Program-made: the position numbers and the translations under genes
In this document: one piece after another, positions 21,271 through 32,000 of the stretch
Numbering within the stretch: position 1 is the first letter of the stretch
How the letters are laid out: each line of letters opens with the position of its first letter
NCBI RefSeq assembly: GCF_000446015.1
Contig: NC_022093.1
Location: 420,001 to 452,000 of the forward strand
From: Thermofilum adornatum
Lineage (GTDB): Archaea > Thermoproteota > Thermoprotei > Thermofilales > Thermofilaceae
Length of the DNA: 32,000 bases
Direction of reading: 5' to 3'
Notes under the pieces: model-generated
Database searches by the model: none
Told to the model about the DNA's origin: nothing
What the model saw: only the letters and a program-made list of their open reading frames with translations

Positions 21271-22284
21271 GTTTCCAGTGATTGTTGGCGGAAGTGTGTG
21301 TTGTATGCTTTTTCTAGCCTGTCTAGGGCGTTTGTTACCCTGTCTAGGGAGAACTGGTGCTTGTCTACTAGTAGGCTTATGATTTTTTCTTTGTCTGGCT
21401 GTCTCCACGTGAGGGTGTAGTTGTCTGTGACTGGTGGGTTTTGGAAGAGCTTTAGTATTTCTTGGGGCGGGACGTCGCTTTGCCACTCGACTGTTTTGAA
21501 GATTTTGTCGGGGTCCCTGAGCTCTTTGACTAGTTTTAGTGCCTTTTTTACGCCTATGTCTTTTGCGCCTTCTGGGGCGTAGTCTGTGCCTACGAGTATG
21601 CCTATGACTATTAGCTGTTCATGTGTTATGCCGTGTGTTTTTAGGAGCTGTTCCAGCTCTATTATTTCTGGCTTTACTTCTACGTAGACGTCTTTCCTGG
21701 GCAGCTTCCTCTTGCCGGTGACGCCGAGGTTTCTGACTAGTCTGGGGCTTCCGAACAACAGGGAGTCGAAGTCCTGGCTGCCCGTGGCCCAGGCGTCTCC
21801 CTTTTTTGCTAGGTGTGCGGCCTGGGCTTCTCCCTCGCTTGGGGCGTTTATGTATGGTATGCCCATGTACTGTAGGAGTAGCTTGGCGTCTTCGACCATG
21901 GACGTGGAGAGCCTGCTGGTCTGCTGTGCATAGACTCTGGCTTCCTCGAGGTCTCCTCTCTCGATTGCCTCCTTGTATTTTTGTTCTGCCTGGACTTTTA
22001 CCTGTAGCCTTCTCTCCAGCTCCTTCTGTTTGAGTTCTGGGGGCTTGCCGTCGAAGACGTAGACGGGCTTTATGCCTACCTCTACGAAGTTTATTGTCCT
22101 GTAGAATAGGCCGTTGAGGTGGCTGGTTATGTTGCCCTGTGCGTCCATTAGGGGTGTGCCGTCTTTCTGCCTTATTGTTGCGAGGAACTGGTAGAGGATG
22201 TTGTAGGCGTCTATGGCTATGACCTTTTTGGCGAAGAATTCTAGGTCTACCTCCTTTGCTACGGGCTCTACTAGCTCCTTTATT

Positions 22285-22295
<11 letters not shown>
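21255..22295 (-). CDS. fen: Flap endonuclease 1
   Basis: MGVKIKELV...IAIDAYNILYQFLATIRQKDGTPLMDAQGNITSHLNGLFYRTINFVEVGIKPVYVFDGKPPELK plus APSEGEAQAAHLAKKGDAWATGSQDFDSLLFG are the N and I nuclease domains of FEN1/XPG. Confidence 0.96.
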
Positions 22296-24824
<2,529 letters not shown>

Positions 24825-24859
24825 TTAGATGAATTCTTCGACACTGCGGCGATAAAAGT

Positions 24860-25669
24860 ATGGGACTGCAGAAGGGAGAATTCGTACTGATCAACTACAC
24901 GCTCACGGTGCTCGACGACACGCAGGAAAAAGTTATTGACACCACCTACAAGGAGGTTGCCGAGAAGGCTGGGCTCAAGACCGAGAACGTAGTCTTCGAG
25001 CCTGAACTAGTCATTATTGGGGAGGGCTTCGTCATAAAACCCATCGAGGACGTACTTGTAGAGATGAATGAGAATGAAAAGAGAGAGTTCGTCCTCGAGC
25101 CTTCCCAGGCCTTCGGCGAGAGAGACCCTAAAAACATCGTGATTCTCCCAGCGAGGGAGCTTTCAAGCAGGGGGGTCATACCAAGGGTCGGCGAAGAAGT
25201 AGAGATCGAGGGAAGGAGGGGCCGCGTCATAAGGATAGGCGCGGGCAGAGTTACAATAGACTTTAACCATCCATTTGCAGGCAAAAAGGTCAAGGTAGAG
25301 TTGACTCTCGAAAAGATCCTCAAGGACGATGCAGAAAAAATTAGGGAACTGTTCCACAGGTGGTTCAGGAACATCCCCAAAGAAAACATAAAGACAGAGA
25401 TAGCCGGAGACACAGTAAAAATAGAGGTGCCAACCTCGATATTCCTCATTGAAAACGCTTTCACGCTACTCAGCGGCTTTGTGAGGGATGTCCAGAGGCA
25501 CTTCGAAAATATCAACAATGTAGAATTCGTAGCCAAGGTGCCCATCGAGAGGCCAAAGAAGGAGGAAGAAAAGAAAGGAGAAGCAGCGAAGGAGGAGTCT
25601 AAGGAGTCTTCCGCTGGGCAAGAAAGTGCTTCGCAAGAATCCAGAGCCGAGGCGAAGGAGGAGCAGTAG
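24860..25669 (+). CDS. Long-type FKBP peptidyl-prolyl cis-trans isomerase with an acidic/Lys-rich tail
   Basis: GEFVLINYTLTV...LVIIGEGFVIKPIEDVLVEMNENEKREFVLEPSQAFGERD plus GRVTIDFNHPFAGKKVKVELTLEKI show an FKBP fold split by an IF (flap) insertion, as in archaeal SlyD-like FKBPs. Confidence 0.9.
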   Translation: MGLQKGEFVLINYTLTVLDDTQEKVIDTTYKEVAEKAGLKTENVVFEPELVIIGEGFVIKPIEDVLVEMNENEKREFVLEPSQAFGERDPKNIVILPARELSSRGVIPRVGEEVEIEGRRGRVIRIGAGRVTIDFNHPFAGKKVKVELTLEKILKDDAEKIRELFHRWFRNIPKENIKTEIAGDTVKIEVPTSIFLIENAFTLLSGFVRDVQRHFENINNVEFVAKVPIERPKKEEEKKGEAAKEESKESSAGQESASQESRAEAKEEQ

Positions 25670-26090
25670 CCTCCACTTCGCATAGGTAAAGGTTTTCTCC
25701 GACTTTTGCGACACGCTTTATAACGTTTATTTTTTCGCCTTCTTCTAGGTAGACCGGGTTGCACTCTAGGGGGTACTGCTTTTTTATGTCCTCGCCACAA
25801 GATGGCCTAGTGTATCGGACAGATGCACCCGGTATCGCTACCTGGGCTTCTAGAATCACCTGGAAGGGCAACTCTTCTACCTCGACTACTTGCATTCTCT
25901 CCGCCAGCGCCGGGCACACGTTGTAGTGGTTCCGGGTAGAGACCACCCTATAGCTGACTAGTGGCCTGAGCGCGCCTATGCATACAGAGAAGTTTTCACA
26001 GCCAATGCACTTGCTGGAAAGCATCGGCTGGAAAATTGACCCCTTCGACGCGAAGGACTCGGTTACCATTGATATTGTTTTTCTCCCCAT
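25599..26090 (-). CDS. UPF0179 family protein (archaeal, Cys-rich)
   Basis: MVTESFASKGSIFQPMLSSKCIGCENFSVCIGALRPLVSYRVVSTRNHYNVCPALAERMQVVEVEE fits the UPF0179 pattern (C..C....C..L...r.Y.i..vR....C......v.VEV). The start is ATG at 26090 or 26069. The 3' end overlaps the FKBP gene tail by 71 nt, convergently. Confidence 0.7.
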   Translation of the reverse strand: MGRKTISMVTESFASKGSIFQPMLSSKCIGCENFSVCIGALRPLVSYRVVSTRNHYNVCPALAERMQVVEVEELPFQVILEAQVAIPGASVRYTRPSCGEDIKKQYPLECNPVYLEEGEKINVIKRVAKVGENLYLCEVEATAPPSPRLWILAKHFLAQRKTP

Positions 26091-26129
26091 TTCCCATCGA
26101 CGCTCCTGCTTCTACATGGAAAGGGGGAA

Positions 26130-27401
26130 TTACTTTACGTAGCCGTAGCCTATAAGCCTCCATTTGCCGGCGATCTGCCTAGAGATGGCGACCCTGTCGC
26201 CCTTTTCCGCCACTACTGGGATGCGGAGCTTCAAGTGTACCACGTTGTCTCTGGTGCTTGTCGCTTGCCCGATGGACAGGGAGGTGCCGATGTTTATCAG
26301 CAGTATTTCGCCCGCCTTGATTGGTTCGACCTTGAGGGGCTGATCAATTCCCACGACTCTCTCTAAAAGATATGTATCTATCTCTACGTCGTAGAGAGCC
26401 GGTGGCAGAGTGCCCGGGTAGCCTACAACGTTCCCAATCAGCGCGTCTGCCTTTGTGAGGCTTGGGTCAAGTGTTGTTCCCACTGCTATTAGGCCTCCTG
26501 GGTAGGCTTTTTCAAGCGGCTGGTTCCCCGTCTTTAGCGAGGTTATAGTGGTGTAGACTGGCTCGTAGACCTCTTGGCCGTCCTTCTTTAGCTTGATTCC
26601 AGGCCTTATCTCTATCTCGTGTCCAAGCTCGAACTTGCCCTGGACAACTGTTCCACCCAGAACTCCCCCAACCATGTCCTTGACGCTGGTGCCAGGCTTG
26701 TTGACGTCAAATGACCTTATCACGTACATTCTGGGGGGCTTGGATGTGTCTCTCTTGGGGGTAGGAATGTACTTCTCGAGGGCCCATATCAGCGCGTCTA
26801 TGTTGACCTTGTGTAGAGCTGACACAGGTATAATTGGAGCATTTTCTGCTACTGTTCCCTCGACAAACCTCTTTATTTCTTCGTAGTTTTCCTTTGCACG
26901 CTCCTTCGAGACAACGTCTATCTTGTTTTGGACGATAACTATGTTTTTCACGCCGATTATTGAGAGAGCCGTCAAGTGTTCCCGGGTCTGGGGCTGGGGA
27001 CACTCCTTAGTAGCGTCGATGACCAGGAGTGCGCCATCCATGAGGGCTGTGCCTGCAAGCATGATTGACATGAGCATTTCGTGTCCCGGCACGTCGACGA
27101 ACGAGACTTTCCTAACGAATTCTAGGGGAGTTCCACAATACTTGCACTTCCCGTCCTTAGGCATCGTGGCACTAGTATAGTAGGCCTGCGGCGGGGGACA
27201 CTTTGGGCACCTGTATATCTCGGCATCAGCGTAGCCAATCTTTAGGGTTATGCCTCTCTTTATCTCTTCGCTGTGCCTCGAGGCCCATATACCCGTAAGC
27301 GCCTGGACCAGCGTTGTCTTGCCATGGTCGACGTGTCCCGCGGTACCTATATTGACTAGTGGCTGTTTTTTAATGGCTTCTGCAAATTCATCATCACTCA
27401 T
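26130..27401 (-). CDS. eif2g: Translation initiation factor aIF2 gamma subunit
   Basis: VNIGTAGHVDHGKTTLVQALTG (G1), DVPGHE (G3), NKID (G4), and the zinc knuckle CPKCPPP...CKYCG. Confidence 0.97.
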   Translation of the reverse strand: MSDDEFAEAIKKQPLVNIGTAGHVDHGKTTLVQALTGIWASRHSEEIKRGITLKIGYADAEIYRCPKCPPPQAYYTSATMPKDGKCKYCGTPLEFVRKVSFVDVPGHEMLMSIMLAGTALMDGALLVIDATKECPQPQTREHLTALSIIGVKNIVIVQNKIDVVSKERAKENYEEIKRFVEGTVAENAPIIPVSALHKVNIDALIWALEKYIPTPKRDTSKPPRMYVIRSFDVNKPGTSVKDMVGGVLGGTVVQGKFELGHEIEIRPGIKLKKDGQEVYEPVYTTITSLKTGNQPLEKAYPGGLIAVGTTLDPSLTKADALIGNVVGYPGTLPPALYDVEIDTYLLERVVGIDQPLKVEPIKAGEILLINIGTSLSIGQATSTRDNVVHLKLRIPVVAEKGDRVAISRQIAGKWRLIGYGYVK

Positions 27402-27516
27402 ATGGGGGAAAAATTATTGTCCTCTATTTAAACCTGTAGCAGATGGGAACGTGTAGCCGGAGCTCCGCAGAGATATTAATTTATATGTATCGCGTTCATG
27501 ATGGTTAGGGTTAGGT

Positions 27517-28113
27517 ATGGCTATTGAAAAGAACTTCCTGAAGGGCACAACTACTGTCGGAATAGTGGGTAAGGACTTTGTGGTTCTTGCTGCTGATAGG
27601 AGGGCAACGGCTGGGAGCTATATTGCCAACAAGCAGGTATGGAAAATAGTCGAGATAGATTCACATGTAGCGGCGACTATAGCTGGGACTGTTGGAGACG
27701 CACAAATGCTTATCGATAGGCTCAAGGTTGAGGCTGGATACTACAAGACGACTGTTGGGACACCTATACCTGTCAAGAGCCTAGCCACCTTGACGTCGCT
27801 TATCCTATTCAATTATAGACCAATACTGCTCGTCCAGATGCTTATAGGCGGGCTGGACGGCGACGGGCCATCCCTCTACTCGGTGGACTGGCTCGGCACG
27901 GTTACGCAGGAGAAATACACCGCTACAGGCTCGGGGTCTCCCTACGCTGTCTCGATGCTGGAGCACGAATACAGGGAAGACATGACGCTCGAGGAAGCCG
28001 TTAACCTCGCTGTCAAGGCGGTTAATGTTGCCCTGGCAAGGGATCCCGGGAGCGGCGAGGGCGTAGACGTGGCTACAGTTACAAGGGAGGGAGTAAAGCT
28101 GATAAGGCGCTAG
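27517..28113 (+). CDS. psmB: Proteasome beta subunit
   Basis: A propeptide is followed by [24 protein letters not shown] (catalytic Thr after the G|T processing site), then ...GSGSPYA. Confidence 0.95.
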   Translation: MAIEKNFLKGTTTVGIVGKDFVVLAADRRATAGSYIANKQVWKIVEIDSHVAATIAGTVGDAQMLIDRLKVEAGYYKTTVGTPIPVKSLATLTSLILFNYRPILLVQMLIGGLDGDGPSLYSVDWLGTVTQEKYTATGSGSPYAVSMLEHEYREDMTLEEAVNLAVKAVNVALARDPGSGEGVDVATVTREGVKLIRR

Positions 28114-28148
28114 GCTAGGGTTTATATATTTGATTTTTCACTAGCAAT

Positions 28149-30098
28149 TTGGCTAAGAGCCTTTTCCAGGTGAAATTCTTGGAATCAATAGTTGCAGTTG
28201 CCAGGGAAATCCGTGAGGCAATATTCAGCACGGTGCCCAGGGATACAGAGATAACAAAGGTAGACTTTGAGGGGCCAAAGGTAGCCATATACACGAGGCG
28301 CCCACAAGTGTTCTTGGAAAACGACGGCGAGCTTGTAAAGAAGATTGCCAAGACAATTAAGAAGAGGGTCATTATTCGGGGCGACCCAGAAAAGAGAAAA
28401 AGCGAAAAAGAGACAGAGGAAGTAATCGAGAAGCTCATACCAGCAGAGGCCGGGCTAAAAAACGTCTACTTCAACGATATCACAGGCGAGGTCGAAATAG
28501 AGGTACTCTTTCCGGAGAAAGTTACACAGGACGCACTAAACGCCATATTCTTCGAGACGCTTTGGACCCCACGTGTATTGAGGAGGCCCCCGGTCCACTC
28601 GAGAACCGTGAAGGAGATCAGGGACCTGTACAGGGCGTCGAAGCAAGAGAGAATAGATTTCCTGAAGAAGCTTGGCTACAAGGTCTATAGGAAGCCTATT
28701 TTCCCGACACAGATGGTCAGGATAGTCTCGCTCGGCGCGGCAAGGGAGGTCGGCAGGAGCGCCATCCTGGTACAGACGCCGGAGGCAAACATCCTCATGG
28801 ACGCTGGGTTAAAGCCTACGGGCAATGGTGACGAGCTACCATTGTTCGATTTGCCAGAGTTCGACGTGGACGACCTGGACGCGGTCGTTATTACCCATGC
28901 GCACCTCGACCATATAGGCGCCCTGCCCGTGTTGTTCAAGCACGGCTACAAGGGGCCCGTATACATGACCGAGCCAACCCTCCACTTGGCGAAGCTCCTC
29001 TTGGAGGACTACGTAAAGGTGTCTGAACGTGAAGGCAAAGACCCGCTATACTCTATGCGTGACGTGAACTCGTTTATTCTCAACACGTACACGATGACAT
29101 ATGGAGAAGTTACCGACATTGCACCGGAGATTAGGCTGACGTTTTACAGGGCTGGACACATCTTGGGATCAGCTATGATCCATCTACATATAGGCGACGG
29201 CCTGATAAATATAGTATATACTGGCGACGTGAAGTATGCGAGGACAATGCTTCTCGACCCTGCATACAACAAGTTCCCGAGGGCAGAGGTCTTGATTATT
29301 GAGAGCACCTACGGCTCCAAGACAGATGTTTTGCCAAGCGAGGATGACGCGAAGCTGGAGCTCGGGAAAATAGTCCTGGAGACTGCACAGCGAAACGGCA
29401 TAGTACTTATACCTGTCCTCGCAGTGGGCAGGGCCCAGGAGGTTCTGCTGGCCTTGCTTGACCTGATGAAGAAGCAGGCCATACCACAGCTACCCATATT
29501 TATCGAGGGCATGATTGACGAGGTTTCAGCTGTACACATGACTTTCCCAGAATACCTCTCGGCAACAATCAGGGGCATGATCTATAACGATGAAAACCCG
29601 TTCACTTCTGAGAATATCCACGTTATACGTGGCGAGGCCCGCGAAGACGTGATAGAAAAGAGGCCGGCAATAATTCTCGCTACATCCGGCATGCTTACGG
29701 GCGGCCCCGTGTTGGACTATCTAAGGATGCTTGCAGACGACGAGAACAGTAGTCTTGTCTTCGTAAGCTACCAGGTTGAGGGCACGCTTGGCCGAAAGAT
29801 TCTTGGAGGCCTCAGGAAGATAACGTTCTCAGACCCCTCTGGGAAAGCCATAACAAAGGATCTAAAAATGCAGGTATACAGGGTTGAGGGCTTTTCTGGG
29901 CACAGCGACAGGAGGCAGCTAGAGGCTTTTATACGTAGAATGGAGCCTACACCTAAAACGGTTATCCTCAACCATGGCGAGACAAGCAAGATAGACGAGT
30001 TTATGCGTTACCTTGGCAGCGAGTGGTTCAAGAAGAAGTCTGGCCTAAGCTTCGAAGTGAGGGCCCCGCAGAACGCCGAGAGTATACGCCTCGTATAG
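28149..30098 (+). CDS. aCPSF1 (FttA)-type beta-CASP ribonuclease with N-terminal KH domains
   Basis: N-terminal KH region (ITKVDFEGPKVAIYTRRP...KKRVIIRGDP), metallo-beta-lactamase motif VITHAHLDHIGALP, and beta-CASP motifs (IIESTYG, ATSGMLTGG, GFSGHSD, LNHGE). TTG start. Confidence 0.93.
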   Translation: MAKSLFQVKFLESIVAVAREIREAIFSTVPRDTEITKVDFEGPKVAIYTRRPQVFLENDGELVKKIAKTIKKRVIIRGDPEKRKSEKETEEVIEKLIPAEAGLKNVYFNDITGEVEIEVLFPEKVTQDALNAIFFETLWTPRVLRRPPVHSRTVKEIRDLYRASKQERIDFLKKLGYKVYRKPIFPTQMVRIVSLGAAREVGRSAILVQTPEANILMDAGLKPTGNGDELPLFDLPEFDVDDLDAVVITHAHLDHIGALPVLFKHGYKGPVYMTEPTLHLAKLLLEDYVKVSEREGKDPLYSMRDVNSFILNTYTMTYGEVTDIAPEIRLTFYRAGHILGSAMIHLHIGDGLINIVYTGDVKYARTMLLDPAYNKFPRAEVLIIESTYGSKTDVLPSEDDAKLELGKIVLETAQRNGIVLIPVLAVGRAQEVLLALLDLMKKQAIPQLPIFIEGMIDEVSAVHMTFPEYLSATIRGMIYNDENPFTSENIHVIRGEAREDVIEKRPAIILATSGMLTGGPVLDYLRMLADDENSSLVFVSYQVEGTLGRKILGGLRKITFSDPSGKAITKDLKMQVYRVEGFSGHSDRRQLEAFIRRMEPTPKTVILNHGETSKIDEFMRYLGSEWFKKKSGLSFEVRAPQNAESIRLV

Positions 30099-30101
30099 GG
30101 G

Positions 30102-30635
30102 CTACTTTGTTGAGAGGTTCCAGACCTCGTCTCCTAGATAGTGGAGCGTTTTTATGGCTTTTCCTTTTTGGCTGGTCTTGATTTCTTGTGAACTCATCAG
30201 GGATAAGCCTATAGCTATTGTCCTGGCCTTGTCTAGTTCCTTTACGAGGACCCTTGTGTTGGGCCCGAATTCTCCCTCTATCTTTTTTATTCCTGGAACC
30301 ATTACGTCTGCACCGTTTAGGATTTTTGGCACGGCGCCGGCATCAACGTATACGGAGGGGTAGCTTGGGGATAGATTAGCCTTGTAGATATAGTATAGAG
30401 AGGGTATGAATCCGTCCCCTGTTACCCTGACAAATGCCAGGGTGTTGTCTAGAAAGTAGAGCTCGCTGAGCTCTGGATGTTTGACTATGGCTATTTCTAC
30501 GCGTTCTGCTTCCTGTATCTTAGCGACGTAGTCTTTTCCAAGCTCCTTCTCTGCTTCTTCCTCTAGCTTCTTCCTGTCCTTCTTACTCAGAAGGTACCTC
30601 GAAACTATCTTCAGTTCCTTTGGAGACTTGCTCAT
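30102..30635 (-). CDS. PUA-domain RNA-binding protein (MCT-1/Tma20-like, COG2016-type)
   Basis: YVDAGAVPKILNGADVMVPGIKKIEGEFGPNTRVLVKELDKARTIAIGLSLMSSQEI is the PUA pattern (G.dvm.PGi........g..v.v.......iAiG). The start is taken at MSKSPKEL (ATG 30633-30635) and overlaps the endA 3' end by 53 nt. Confidence 0.8.
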   Translation of the reverse strand: MSKSPKELKIVSRYLLSKKDRKKLEEEAEKELGKDYVAKIQEAERVEIAIVKHPELSELYFLDNTLAFVRVTGDGFIPSLYYIYKANLSPSYPSVYVDAGAVPKILNGADVMVPGIKKIEGEFGPNTRVLVKELDKARTIAIGLSLMSSQEIKTSQKGKAIKTLHYLGDEVWNLSTK

Positions 30636-31173
30636 AGCTTCCACCCTCAACAGTATAATAGGTTACGACGCCCTCTTTATCTACTACTGCCACGACGAGC
30701 TCCCTGTCGCTTTCTAGGGCCCTTCTAAACATGTCTTCAAACTCTTCGAACCCCATCTTTGTGCCCTCCACTACGATCCTTATGAGTAAGCGGTGCACCT
30801 TGTTCTTCTTTTTCCAGTCGAGGAGAAACTCGCGTGGGTTTACCCCCTGCCGGACTATAAATGACCTATTCCTCAGGTCTGCATACACGTTCAGCTTCAG
30901 CCAGAAGTCGGGGTCGCCCTGGGCCGCTAGCTTTACAAGTTCGCTGAACTGGACTTCTTCCCCCTTCTCGTTTTTCACTTTGAGTAGGCCCCTGTGGAGG
31001 AGGTATGCGGCTTCAACAAGTGAAAGTTCTAGCCCGGACGTCGTCTGGAAACCGTAGCCCTTCTCGGCAAGCTTCGAAACGGCATCGCTGTCTGTAACTA
31101 TTACTTTGTCGCCTGACAGCCGGCCTTCGCCGATAATCTTCTGTGGCTCTTGCTGTGTTTTCCGTTCTTCCAC
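30583..31173 (-). CDS. endA: tRNA-splicing endonuclease (EndA family) subunit
   Basis: GRLSGDKVIVTD..AVSKLAEKGYGF....LELSLVEAAYLLHRG.L is the N-terminal domain. DPDFWLKLNVYADLRNRSFIVRQG....F......HRLLIRIVVEG fits the catalytic C-domain pattern of archaeal EndA. GTG start. Confidence 0.88.
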   Translation of the reverse strand: MEERKTQQEPQKIIGEGRLSGDKVIVTDSDAVSKLAEKGYGFQTTSGLELSLVEAAYLLHRGLLKVKNEKGEEVQFSELVKLAAQGDPDFWLKLNVYADLRNRSFIVRQGVNPREFLLDWKKKNKVHRLLIRIVVEGTKMGFEEFEDMFRRALESDRELVVAVVDKEGVVTYYTVEGGSYEQVSKGTEDSFEVPSE

Positions 31174-31238
31174 GCGTTATTTTGACCATCGTACAATATA
31201 AAAGTTCTTGCCGCATAGTTAAGACTGGTGAATAATCG

Positions 31239-31784
31239 ATGCCGCACCATACCCATTCTGGGATGCATGAGCACAAAGCCAAGGCCCTGAAAAACCTCAG
31301 GTATGCTTTTGTCACGGTCAGCACGTCGCGCTTCGAGGCAAAGCTTGGAGAAAAAACCATACCCGACGAGTCCATAGAAGTAGCTAAAAAGCTCATAGAG
31401 GCAAACGGCGACACGCTTGTAGAATACGTTTTGATTCCCGACAACCCGCGGCTCTTGCTTGAAGCATTCCTGGAGCTTGCAGTCAGGGAGGATATAGACG
31501 TGATTGTGTTTAGTGGCGGGACGGGGCCCGCGCCCAGCGATGTAACGATCCAGACGCTTGGACAAGTCCTCGAGAAAACCCTGACTGGTTTTGGGGACGT
31601 CTTTAGATATCTTAGCTACAACGAGATAGGGCCTCCAGCCTTCCTAACAAACAGTGTTGCCGGCATCTTTTCTGGCAAGCTCGTGTTCCTCTTGCCTGGC
31701 TCGCCGAACGCAGTGAAACTTGCATTGGAGAAACTTATATTGCCCGAAAGCGGGCATATCCTGTCGCTGGCTAGGGGTAAGTAG
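31239..31784 (+). CDS. moaB: Molybdenum cofactor biosynthesis protein B (MoaB/MogA family)
   Basis: FVTVSTSR......D.S...A..L......................DVIVFSGGTGPAPSDVT...L......K.L.GFG..FR......IG.PAFL...VAG........FLLPGSPNAV is the MoCF_biosynth domain signature. Confidence 0.85.
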   Translation: MPHHTHSGMHEHKAKALKNLRYAFVTVSTSRFEAKLGEKTIPDESIEVAKKLIEANGDTLVEYVLIPDNPRLLLEAFLELAVREDIDVIVFSGGTGPAPSDVTIQTLGQVLEKTLTGFGDVFRYLSYNEIGPPAFLTNSVAGIFSGKLVFLLPGSPNAVKLALEKLILPESGHILSLARGK

Positions 31785-31786
31785 CT

Positions 31787-32000
31787 ATGTCTGAAGCCGG
31801 GAAAGTGAGAATGGTCGATATAACTGGGAAAGAGGAGGTCTACCGTGAGGCTACGGCTGTTGGAGCTATAAAGCTACGCAGGGAGACAATCGAGAAGATT
31901 AGAGGGGGCGAGGTCCCAAAGGGCGACGTTGTCTCCGTGGCTAAGACCGCGGCTATTCTTGCCGTTAAACGTACGTGGGAAATTATACCCCTATGTCACC
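31787..32000 (+). CDS. moaC: Cyclic pyranopterin monophosphate synthase MoaC (3' end outside the window)
   Basis: Hand translation from ATG 31787 gives MSEAGKVRMVDITGKEEVYREATAVGAIKLRRETIEKIRGGEVPKGDVVSVAKTAAILAVKRTWEIIPLCH. MVDI..K..t.R.A.A.g.i......i......KGDVl..A..AgI.aaK+T..lIPLCH is the MoaC signature. Confidence 0.85.
   Translation, partial: MSEAGKVRMVDITGKEEVYREATAVGAIKLRRETIEKIRGGEVPKGDVVSVAKTAAILAVKRTWEIIPLCH

Noticed and set aside
21271-21284. The ORB-like GTTTCCAGTG, reminiscent of an origin recognition box.
   Set aside because: It is a single partial match inside the fen/DUF371 coding overlap. There is no inverted partner, AT-rich unwinding element or cdc6/orc1 gene nearby.

Overview
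The window looks like chromosomal DNA from a hyperthermophilic crenarchaeon, probably Desulfurococcales- or Sulfolobales-like. This is inferred from gene content: thermosome, TBP, RpoK, L40e, PolB1-type DNA polymerase, FEN1, CDC48, aIF2-gamma, proteasome beta, aCPSF1 and EndA. It is also supported by intron-containing tRNAs with encoded CCA and a 25-nt CRISPR repeat ending in ATTGAAAG. Four parts stand out. (1) 1-2300 holds the glyS 3' end, tRNA-Thr, a vapBC pair and CRISPR array 1. (2) 2300-12270 is a core block running from rpoK through thermosome, signal peptidase, tbp, a GNAT, an ABC binding protein, L40e and PolB1 to tRNA-Trp. (3) 12276-12772 holds a second leader and CRISPR array 2. It is followed by a roughly 7.8-kb low-GC accessory island (about 12.9-20.8 kb) that also contains tRNA-Asp and tRNA-Ile. 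(4) 20.8-32 kb is another core block: DUF371, fen, cdc48, FKBP, UPF0179, aIF2-gamma, psmB, aCPSF1, a PUA protein, endA, moaB and moaC. The two CRISPR arrays share a repeat and have paralogous 216-nt leaders. They face outward around about 10 kb of essential genes, and no cas gene is visible in the window. The island is the best place to look for undescribed systems. It carries an RHH regulator plus an AAA-ATPase/nuclease cassette bracketed by four triplets of helically phased RGTACY iterons. It also carries a small PD-(D/E)xK-like protein translationally coupled to an atypical ParA-like ATPase, a 442-aa orphan with a nuclease-like C-terminus, and a zinc-phospholipase-C-like domain fused to a multi-pass membrane domain, plus HicB-like and DUF433 antitoxin-like genes. 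Other notable points are non-canonical BHB introns in tRNA-Trp and tRNA-Asp, and sub-kb patches of extreme keto/amino (GT versus AC) strand skew. All functional calls come from motif recognition by eye; no database search was possible.
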